Source of the DNA: Chrysomallon squamiferum
Lineage: Eukaryota > Animalia > Mollusca
DNA length: 64,000 nucleotides
Direction of reading: 5' to 3'
Assembly (NCBI GenBank): GCA_012295275.1
Contig: CM022671.1
Span: 18,662,001 to 18,726,000 of the forward strand
In this document: positions 53,432-64,000 of the stretch, in pieces
Numbering within the stretch: position 1 is the first letter of the stretch
How the letters are laid out: the number at the start of each line of letters is the position of its first letter
Position numbers and translations under genes: made by a program
The notes under the pieces: generated by a model
Told to the model about the DNA's origin: nothing
Databases searched by the model: none
Seen by the model: only the letters and a program-made list of their open reading frames with translations

Positions 53432-56400
53432 TTAAATGTTATAAAGAGTAACTGCAAACAGAGAAAACAGAGGCAGTAAGACATTCGGAAACATAGCTGG
53501 TGATGAATTGATGCTTCTTTCTATTTCTGCCATCCGAGCTCTCTTCTCGTAGTCCGGTAAACTGCAGTATGGATATTTGATTCCACTGAAGAACTTTCCG
53601 TAAATAGTTTGAACAGATTTGCAATCGCCTGTGACAGGTTCCACATAGCATTTGATGAGCCGATCAAAAAAACTGAAAACAAATTTGACAAACTTCAGTT
53701 CATTGTTATAACAAACGGATTACTTTTCTAATATTAGTTAGTTATTACCCGCCGCAAACATAACTTTTCTCAGACGTTACCCATTGTCCAAATCTGTCTC
53801 TTATTTACATCATACATCAAATCGATTATACAAATATTCCGATATTATTTTTACAGTGTGATTGTATAATGTACAGATAACAGCATGCAGCGTAATAAAA
53901 CTCCTTCCAAATGAGGCATGGTCCACTTATGGAATATAACACAAATACAATTACATATTACTGAATAAAATAACATGAAAACTATAATGTGTGATGGTAT
54001 ATTTCAATATTTAACCTTCTGTAAAATTTATTTCTTTCCTGTAAAACATTCCATGTAGTGGAACGGGATATAACATGCAACTGAAGTCAGTTAAAATGTG
54101 TCAGATGATTTTAAAATATTCACTTAGTTAAACCTATTATAACTGAAAAACAGCATTCGAAAATTAGTAAATTTTGAAGGACTAAAATACAAAACAAGTA
54201 CAAAAAGGTAAAAGGAAAAAAAAAGATAATGTTGAAATGCAGGGTAGTAACTCATGTGCAAAGTACGTCATATGTGTACTTAACACTGTGGTAGGAGTTC
54301 TGCTGAAGGCTCCGGATCATGTCAGACTTGGCACTGTATACGCAGGACGGTGCCGTACTAAATAAACTCTTCAGACATGTACTCTTTTCAGAAAATTCTG
54401 CATTAGAAGATAAGTTAATTTCATAGTATAAGAAAGTATTGCATTAATATATGTGTAAATAATTAACTAACTAAACTGATTAACTTACTAACTAAATAAC
54501 TAAATAAATAAATAAGTAAATTAATAATAAAAGACGTACAGAAAGATTGTTTATTGTCTTTAACGACATATAATCATCAATTAAAACTATATTTACTATT
54601 CTGATAAGTAAATCACGTTTTCCTTTCACTGCTATCAAACATACACGCGCATGTGCACAATTTTCCTAGAAACTAATGAACCTATTTACAACACAAACCT
54701 ATGCCTGTCCACGTACCATAAGAAGAATTACATATATTACTAATACTAAATACAGTCATTGTACACAATTTTATCAACAGCAATCATACAAAACAAAAAA
54801 CCTCTGAAATACAAAGTCATTCAAGTTGAAATGTTAGCTAGTTCATACAGTCTAACGCTGTCTTTGTCTATCTCTGTTTCTGTCTGTCTCTGTCTTTGTC
54901 TATCTCTGTCTGTGTCTATCTCTGTCTCTGTCTATCTCTGTCTCTGTCTCTCTGTTTCTCTCTTTGTGTTTTAATATTCAAGAAAATATTGTCTGGTGTC
55001 AAATATTTCCAGTGTACACTTGTTAAAAATGTATAAAATTATATTTGTTACTTTGGCGATATAAACAGAATATTTTGTAATCAGTACCTTTACTATTGTC
55101 ACATAAATACTGAAGACTCTCTCGCCATTTAGTTACGTTTAAGAGGAGGTCTAGCAGTTTTCTCTCTTTTGGATTATCACGACATTCGTTAATAGGCCCC
55201 TCCATGCAGTCAACACCAGACTTCATTGATGATCTCAAATACAAAATATTTACGTTCATTAAATACAAAACACAGACACAGTGTCTGTAATGGATGTACA
55301 TATATATATATGGTACGACAAGAACGCGCCATGACAAAACAGTACTGAGACAATGTGTGTTTGTGAAAACATATAGAAAAACCGAAGAAGGATGAATGTA
55401 AATTCGGTTTTACCAAGTAATTTCAAAACAATACTATTAATAATTAAGATTGTTTTCTGGGTTTTTTAAATTATAAGCTTAACTGTAAGAAATATATAAA
55501 GTTTATGAACAATTAAGAACAATCAGCTTTTGAGTAATACACTTTTAAAAACACGCAAATTTGCTGTTACATTTCACATACTGTTGTAGTCACCTATTTC
55601 ATTCATATATTCATTCATGTATTTAATGACTGTTCGCTTAAGAATTACTTACGTCTAACATATTTCCCAAAAGCTATAATTATTAGAATTACCTGCACAA
55701 TGTCATGCTATCGTAAAGAGAAAGCTCGTGAGAGTAGAGTGGCGAGTTGGACATGCATTTCTGTATCTCAGAGTTGGCACTGCTGAAGTCATAGTAGCCA
55801 TAAACCAGACTCACTGGAAGAAACACCAATAAATTGAAAGAATCTATAAAAATTTACATCTACGGTTGTTACTGTGGTGTCAGCTGACATTGCCACAGCG
55901 ATTAATAATAGTTATATAATGGTTGCATAATAGAAAGATACAGATTTGAGGAAAATGATAGCTGCTAAGACTATGGTTGTTGCAAAATAGTTAGAAATTA
56001 CGACATTAGTTCTAAAGTAAATAAAACCTTTAAAGCAGTGGTCAGAAATTATGTAGTTATACCGTGGATAGAATGTACAAAGTTAGTTCAAAAGAGGTTA
56101 AAAGTGGTAACGCAATGATGAGAAATTACGAAGTTAATTTTAAGAATGATTAAATCTAGTGGTACAACTATTAAAAATTACGGAAACTTCTCTTTATGAC
56201 CAACACGTTCATGATTATAATGGAAGGTTTCATATATACCGATGATTAAAATGTACAGAACCTCTTGGATTGCAGTAAGCTCGAAATCACCACTGTTAGT
56301 ATTATGCATTTTCTAATGAACTAGAGTATATTACATTTATATGTGCTGAAATTCATATTAGTTTACATATGTGACTATCATTTTCCAAAGAGCGTGAGCA

Positions 56401-57408
56401 AAAATAAAGGTGCTTCGGATTTATTCTTATAACACATGTGTTATGAATAAGTATGTTTGTTTTCAGCTAACTCGGAACTTATCAGTCCAAACGACACATA
56501 ACATATCTACCCCGTAGATTTGACCACTAAGTGAAACAGAAATTGTCGTCCAGCCAAAATAATAAGCTTATATTTGTATATGAGCAACAGCATTTAATTA
56601 TTGAACACAGTTGCCTAATAATGGCCACCAACTCCACAGTCCCACCCGTGTCTTACTCCTCTTTGTTCTTTGTTGTCTCCTTCGTCTCGCTGGGCTCTTT
56701 AGTCTTTTACTTAAACACGTCGCGGACATCCCTGAAGTCAGCAGAGCGTAGCTGACAAAAATTCCGTATGTCTCTCGCTAATGACCGTTAATTGTTAGGC
56801 CATTTCAGTTACTGGATTACTGTTAACTAACAGTAGATATTTAATTAATACATACTGTTAGGTATATTTATAGAAATGAATGGTTAACATATTTACTTAC
56901 TTTAATGATGCATACAGGTTAATTACGGAATGTTAAACTGTATTAAAGAAAGGTGTTTAGGTAAATATTAAATATAATATGTTACGGATATTTTTAAAAA
57001 CTGTACCTTAAAAGTAAAACAATATAAAATATTATAATAAGTTAAAAAAATAGCTACCACCAGATTCTGCAAGTGGGTAAGTATAAACTAAACTGCGATC
57101 CGTTTCTTAGTAAATAAGTTAGGATCAATTTTCTAAGTTAAAGAAACACAGAAAACAGTAGGCCTACTACATCTAAATATCGCTGAGGAAACTGTCCACA
57201 GCTTGAACGAGGTCCTATTAGGGTTTTGCTAAGGGCCGTACTACGTAAGTTAAGAAAAAAACAAAAACTGTTTAACGTCATATATGTCCATAATTATTAT
57301 AATGGGAAACAAAAAAAGAAGAAAATATCTATGAACACAAAACGGATTTTACAAATGTGGACCTAGCTACTGAAATCTGTAACAGAATGTGATAAATAAA
57401 TTCTTAAG

Positions 57409-57442
<34 letters not shown>

Positions 57443-57733
57443 CGAGTAAAGACATTTAACACTATCTTCACTAATTTGTCCGATAAAATTAACATCAATT
57501 TTTAATAATGTTGGATTATGATGATCATTAGTACCGATGTTGATAATTTACATTTCATGAGACTAATAGGTGAGATTTACTTAAATAAAAAATCTTGTTT
57601 GTATGAAAAAATAATTTTAGATTTAATGACTTATATTGTCTTTTTCTTCTCAGAGTCAAAAGTTGACATGGTAAATAAAAAAATAAACCGTCAGTTTAAA
57701 TGGAAATATTGTTAGGCTGTATTAAAATATAAA

Positions 57734-57764
<31 letters not shown>

Positions 57765-58494
57765 GTGTACACGGAATATTAAATAATAACAATGCATTAC
57801 ATCTATTTACCGAAATTATCAACTTCTACAGTGAAAACGAGAAATGTTCGGTAATGAAAATAGTCTTTAAATCTCGTTTCTAAGAAAGAATGAAAAGTGC
57901 CAAAGCTGGAACATTTTGTGTATGTGATTCCTTTTAGTGATAGAATCAAATCTTTGTAAGGAAAAAACTAAAATTAAAAATAAAAACAGCTGAGCTAGAT
58001 AAGATCCGAGTAGTTTGAAAATATCGGACAACCGAGTTTGTTTCTCTGCTCGTCTAAACCATTGTTCATATAGGAGTACCTTTTCTGAAAACCACAGTTG
58101 GATAGGAGTACCTTTTCTGAAAACCACAGTTGGATAGGAGTACCTTTTCTGAAAACCACAGTTGGATAGGAGTACCTTTTCTGAAAACCTTCTTGTCGAA
58201 AACAACTTATTTTAAAGATTTATCATTGCTACTTTTTTCAAAATGAAATTTGATATACTTGTATATTTCAGATCTTAAGTGATATGACCTTTTGAGAATT
58301 AATCAATCAGTTTCAGATCTTTTGGTCCTCAAAAGGCGAACGAAATAGACTGTCATATTTTTATTCCGGGTATGCATTTTTGATTTAAAGCTGCTGTATA
58401 AACAGCTAAAAGTTGGTCATTTTATTTATTAAGAAATACATATATATTTCTTAGTAAATAAAATTGCCAACTTCTAGCTGTACATATATATATA

Positions 58495-58529
<35 letters not shown>

Positions 58530-58692
58530 TGTTTCCAGTATCTACATTTTTAACTATTTGAATTTTCTTAAACACGCTAAAATAAGAAAGATTAATTTGA
58601 ACCAAAATATATATTTTCCAAACTTTAAGCTATTATTTACCTGTCGCCAAAGGAATAACAAATAGCACTGTTAAGATCGTGAATCTTCCCAT
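53432..58692 (-). pseudogene. GPI-type 12-Cys protein copy C; exon-4 donor mutated (GT>AT) and first Cys lost; likely pseudogene or truncated secreted form
   Basis: Exons 58692-58641, 55813-55693, 55233-55088, 54397-54256, 53672-53432 are all open. The exon 4 boundary reads TGCAC|atgagt (copy B: |gtgagt), and YC became YY at the first Cys. Confidence 0.75.
58071..58189. repeat. 32-bp tandem repeat, ~3.7 copies (about 2 copies at 45749-45800 in unit 1)
   Basis: taggagtaccttttctgaaaaccacagttgga at 58071, 58103, 58135 and partially at 58167. Confidence 0.9.
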
Positions 58693-59488
58693 ATTAAATA
58701 CTTTATTATGAGTTAATTCCTGTATGGTCTCGATGAATTGCAAGCCCTCTCCGAAATGCAAATATCTGTCGTCCTTGTGGAATATAATTTTACTGTTATT
58801 ATGCGCAGGTGTTATTTCATACTTAAATGTGTGCAGCATGAAATGACAGATAACGAGGAACTTGAATACAAAAAATGCATTCTTGACATCTAAAAAGTCA
58901 CGTTCTTTCCCCAAAATATAAGTCCCTCCTCCAAGGATCGATTTACGTTTAAACTGTTTAACAAAATTATGGTTAATTTACTTCAGTATTCATACGTATA
59001 TTTTACTTTGTTTTTGGATAATGTTGGTTCAATGCATCAAAATGTGATTTCAATACACGCGTGCAATATGACAAATGGTGTTCTTTTCATTACTCAAAGA
59101 GACAGGGCATATGCAACTAAAACTTTATTTTAATTTATTTGTAAGCAACAGTCATTTACAAAAACGTGCTAAACGTTTTTCGTTAAGTATCTAGATCGGC
59201 CTCTCTCGCTCGACCCGTTTGGATTACAGTGAATTATTTGTTTTTGCGTAGTTGTACTCCATCCTGGATTAACTTGGAAAAACCGGTTTATACAGGATTA
59301 TATGTTCTTTTGTAACGTGTTTTTTAATAAGAAAAACGTATTTATAAATGACAAATATTGTAAAATACAAAATAAAAGAGAATGCAAAGAAATTGTTTTG
59401 TAAAGTGTATTTATCTTGGAGATCAGACAAATCATTTTAATGCCTTTGGCTGGAGGTACAGCCTTTATCGACTCCTTTAGCTTAAATG

Positions 59489-59573
<85 letters not shown>

Positions 59574-60571
59574 GAGAGAGAGAGTGAGAAAGAAAGAGAG
59601 AGAGATGTCTTTGTTTCGCTTAGTTGTGCATAATCTTTATAATAATTCTTTCTTACTATTACTATTCTTATTCTATGATGACCATCATGATGATAATGAT
59701 TAAGAAGGGTAACTTAAAAGAGACAACTATCACTATTTTTATTAATATGTGATATAATTTCAGTAATTATCATCTCTGAACATTCCAAAAATGTTTTTAT
59801 CATTCAACAGAACACAGTTTACGTGAACTCAACAGTCATGTTCAAACTTGTTACAGGAATTTTGTGATAAAAGAAAAACAGCAGAAAGACACAAGCAGTG
59901 ACATACACTGTTCTCCTTTGTAATAAATGTTGACTTTTCTGATGACAAAGCCCTTCTGTCTAATTCTCTCAGTGACATCAACAAACAATTAGGGCTGAAA
60001 ATATACACAAATGACAAACAGACAAAAAGAAACATAAATAAGTTCAGAAAAAATTTATGTCAATCTATTTGAATAAAAAAAAAAAAAAAAAAAAAAAAGA
60101 ACTGCATTTATCTTACAAACATATTTGCAGACACAGAGGAAATTGTTTCATAACAATCCCATAACATGTCCAGGTCCACATTCTCTTTGGAGAACAACAT
60201 TTTATTCAAGAAAATAAATCTGAAGCTGCCTCCTATCAACTCTCTTTTATAGTTCCCAGTAATGGTGGTCAACAGAAAATGATCTAAAACTCACAAAGCT
60301 TTCAAAACATAAGAATATTCCTACGAGAGAAAATATTAAAACAGTTAAATAATAAAAAAAAAAATGAATGACAGTTTGAAATTACCAAACAAAACAATAT
60401 GAACAACATAATCACCATTATGCAAAGCATAACATTAACTTTTGATATTCAAAAGTTGCCAATTTATTCAGATTCTAAAATAAACTTTCTCAATTTAATT
60501 CAAATTACATGATCATACCTTTTATGAGCAGTAGTTATAACAATATTAGGCTGGTTGATTTTTTGCTTATG

Positions 60572-60905
60572 CAGGTACCGGACCAATTATCAGGACTCCT
60601 TGGGACTTGAGGTATTCCGGATTTCTGGATTTTCCGGTTTTCCGGTACCAAGGCATCTAAATACGTAAATAATTTGACATAAACATTTTAAAATTAAAAA
60701 CATAAAGAAAATTGAAAATACTGTGGCGATTCGACACGTAAACAGTGCGGCGAGTGAATGAACGCCATGCGGCTTGAAAGAGTAGTTCCAATCTGGTGAA
60801 GACAACACCCGCACGCGCGAGAACTATGAAAATAGCGTCGGGAAAAAACTTCAGGTTTTCTGGTCTTTCCGGATTTAGGACGCCGGATAATTGGTCCGGG
60901 ACCTA
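60572..60905. mobile_element. Duplicate of the Tc1/mariner-type MITE (unit 2)
   Basis: caggtaccggaccaattatcagg ... ccggataattggtccgggaccta|ta; paralogous position to 48139-48472. Confidence 0.78.
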
Positions 60906-62842
60906 TAGTGTACCGGTAGTGTACTTGTGCATTCTGTTTCATGAAATTAAATGGCCAGTCGTGACCGACTTCACACTGGCTTCACCGATGTACAGTGGAA
61001 GATCTTGATAATTCATTCGGTGATTGGCAACACGCATTTGGTTTCAGTTTTTAGAATACATGTGAGCAGTAATTTCTTGAAATGAAATCTGAAAAGAGGA
61101 TGAATAAACACATATTTTTGCAGTTTTTTGACTGTTGCATTCTGAAACTCAGGGTCAAGAATGGCTACAAATTCAGATAGGTCACAAAGTGGTCAACAGA
61201 AAGAAGTGATGGTCCCTTCTTTTGCACCCTAAGAGTTATTTTGCAAGAATAGGATTACCTAACTAAATTATTAGCCTTTTACAAGTCTTTTGTGTTATAA
61301 AGATGCATGACTTTAACATTAATATACATTGTCCATTTCAAAATAATAATAATAAAAAAGTAATAATAAAAATAAAAATAAAAATGTATCTCACATAGAA
61401 AACTTTGGACTAGAGAATGTGTATTTATTTGGCATATTCTAAAATGGCTATTAACTGTTCTATTAATTAAACATTAATGTACTTGTACAATTAAATTATA
61501 CTGTAAAGAATACATAATTTTTGGAGTTTTTGTTGTGGTTTTTCTTTTTTATTATTAGTGTTTCAGAGGTCCTTCACAAAATGTCTTATTTGAAATGTTA
61601 ATGATTTAACAGATGCTATAAAGTTTCTTAAATGTTTGAAACAAGATCATCAGTTTTTATTTGCATATATTTAGAATCAGACTGTTTTTGCAATCACATC
61701 ATCAAATTGTTTGTTGTATTAAACATATAGACCTAAATAATGTAAAATAGAATGTATTCACCATTCAAATACGTAAACGTGCATGACTTATCTGCATGTG
61801 ATGAGATAGAAATAGACATGTTTATGTAAGTATAGACTACATAGTACACACATAAATATATACATATGTATGTATATCACTATTTAGGATGGAAGTAGCA
61901 TTGATGTACGAATAAAAATGAACTTTTTTAAATAAAACAAATTAATAATGAAAATTAATGACAAACTGAAATAAACTATATTGCGATGAGAGTTTTATTC
62001 TTGTAGCTGCCGTTTCGTTTCTTGCAGATATACTTTTATAACCTATATCCTATTATGCATTACGCCAAAATATTCATATAATTGACTGGTATCACTGCGG
62101 ATATGGCGCTACATCGAATGGAAATCCCTGAAAGGAAGTTGATTTTGGGCATTTTAATTTTCCCGATGATTCTATATACATTAGTGAAAATGGTTGAGTG
62201 TTGTGAGAACGCCATAACGAAGAAGTGACAATAAAGACAGATTATAATTACGAATAATAATTGTTATCATGTGATAAATTTAAAATAGAAATGATGAAAC
62301 AGACATGAAATTAAAATATGTGCAAATCTATTCGAATAATCATTTATAATAAAATGTTTTAATAATTAAACAATGCAAACCTCACATGAGACGATAATTG
62401 TTATTAACAAGTTTGTTTTTTTTTTGTTTTTTTTAATACATTTATTTAGTTATTAAATTTATTATTAATCTTGTTTTGTTTCTTTTCCACTAAAACTGCT
62501 TATCAGTTTCAAATGTTTGTCACATAATGCTTTAATTCACATATGAATGTCGCCAATCTCATTTTTGCAAGGTAAATATCTTCTGATAGAAAGGATTTTT
62601 AGTTTTATTATTATTAACAAGTACACACATTCATAACATTTTAAATTTTATCATTGTAGCATCAATATTCAAAATAAAAATACATTTGACTAGATTCTTA
62701 CAAGCTATAATTATAAATGTATAATATATTATATTTATGATATGATTTTTCTCCTCTTACAGCATATACCTGGATTGAATAAATTTGAATGTGATGAATT
62801 AAATCAAAACATACTTGAGTAGATCATTGTATGTGGTGAACC

Positions 62843-63475
62843 ATGAATACCAGACAGTATGACGACCCGGCAGAAATGCCACACTTTCGTGAACGAAGAC
62901 GATCATGAAGTTGTTTGAGACACATGTTTATACAAGCATCAGAATTTATGACAGTTATGTAAAAATGGCAGCAGAAATGGTTATTTATCTTTATGCTATA
63001 GAATGAGACAATTAAAAGACAACCAGTAAAGCAACTCTTAAAACACCACAGATGATATTTATAAAATTCAAATAAAGATTCAAATATTAATTCTTATTTT
63101 CACAACTGTACACTTTGGACTTTGGTGCTGTTTGTAATAAGACTTGGTTAAGTGACTGTAATTATTTGTTCCTATTACATACAACACTGCTAGTCATATT
63201 ATTCAGTACAACACTGACAATAATTAAAGTGCACTAATGTAATTGCAGCTTTTATGAATCAGAATATGTGTATGCTGTGACAACAGTAACATAAAGGATT
63301 TAAAATTATATTTTTTTATCAAGATTGAGTTGATTCATTTTTTTCTAATTTAAAAAACAGGTTAGTGTTATAACTGAAGTTTACATTTTATAAAACGATA
63401 GGTATTAAAGATGATTTTGATAATTAACCTTTTTAACAAGCTTTAAAATACTATTGAGTCGTAAATAATTATAAC

Positions 63476-63521
<46 letters not shown>

Positions 63522-63628
63522 TAAAGTATAATTTATTCCATTCCACATATATATATACAAAAATTTAATTTTTGTAGGACCGTGTTATAAATCTGGTTGT
63601 TGGTGCTTTTACTGCAGTAGTTGTGCTG
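62843..63628 (+). pseudogene. TMEM243: TMEM243 pseudogene fragment (unit 2)
   Basis: MNTRQYDDPAEMPHFRERRRS* (62843-62908). A ~63-bp deletion relative to 50452-50514 removes the splice donor and creates a stop; PLFGE became PHFRE. Exon 63578-63628 (DRVINLVVGAFTAVVVL) is intact. Confidence 0.8.
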
Positions 63629-64000
63629 GTAAGTAATGTCTTGAATATTTACTAGATTCTTTCTGTTATTTCATGCAAATCATCTATAATAAATAAAAAA
63701 AAAAAAAAAAAAAACATGACAAAAACATTATACATGCTCATACATTAACATTTCAGTACCTAACACAAATGCTTGTAAAATGATTGTGCTAATTATCACA
63801 TTTTTAAACCAAAACAAATTTATCTTATTATTTTATATGGAAAATGACCCTCGTTTTAAGACTGCTGTTTTAGATTATAATCAGTAAAATATTTTCCAGT
63901 GATTGTTTTAACCTTTTAAAAATTACAGTATTAGCAAACTTCAATTTTCTGTTTAAAAGTTAAGCCATAATTAGTTATTTTATTATGACTGATCACCTTC

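Larger units (their letters stand above)
52398..64000 (+). repeat. Tandem segmental duplication, unit 2 (runs off the window end)
   Basis: Colinear with 40596 to ~51593, with several indels (for example extra sequence at 56162-56680 and 57800-58015; lacks ~45200-45570). Confidence 0.95.

Overview
AT-rich, microsatellite-dense animal genomic DNA, probably from a gastropod mollusc (inferred from repeat content). Almost all ORF-track entries are microsatellite noise; the real genes are spliced and were rebuilt by hand from GT/AG sites and intron phases. (1) The first coding exon of a Piccolo/Fife/RIM-type active-zone gene (minus strand, 17597-17838). Its first intron appears to fill 1-17.6 kb and contains a ~32-copy 46-bp minisatellite that looks SINE-derived. 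(2) A 14-exon type I membrane receptor resembling an IL-17 receptor, with FN3-like ectodomain, TM helix and divergent SEFIR/TIR-like tail (minus, 19360-29505). (3) A ~1.5-kb long-TIR transposon between divergent gene starts. (4) Three paralogous 5-exon genes for ~233-aa, 12-Cys (DUF19/T20D4.11-like), probably GPI-anchored proteins: copy A (+) and copies B and C (-). B and C lie in an ~11.8-kb tandem duplication and differ almost only by amino-acid-changing substitutions; C has lost a splice donor and a Cys. (5) Each duplication unit also carries a 5' fragment of TMEM243 and a Tc1/mariner-type MITE. The best candidate for an undescribed system is the fast-diversifying GPI-anchored Cys-rich cluster lying head-to-head with the IL-17R-like gene.
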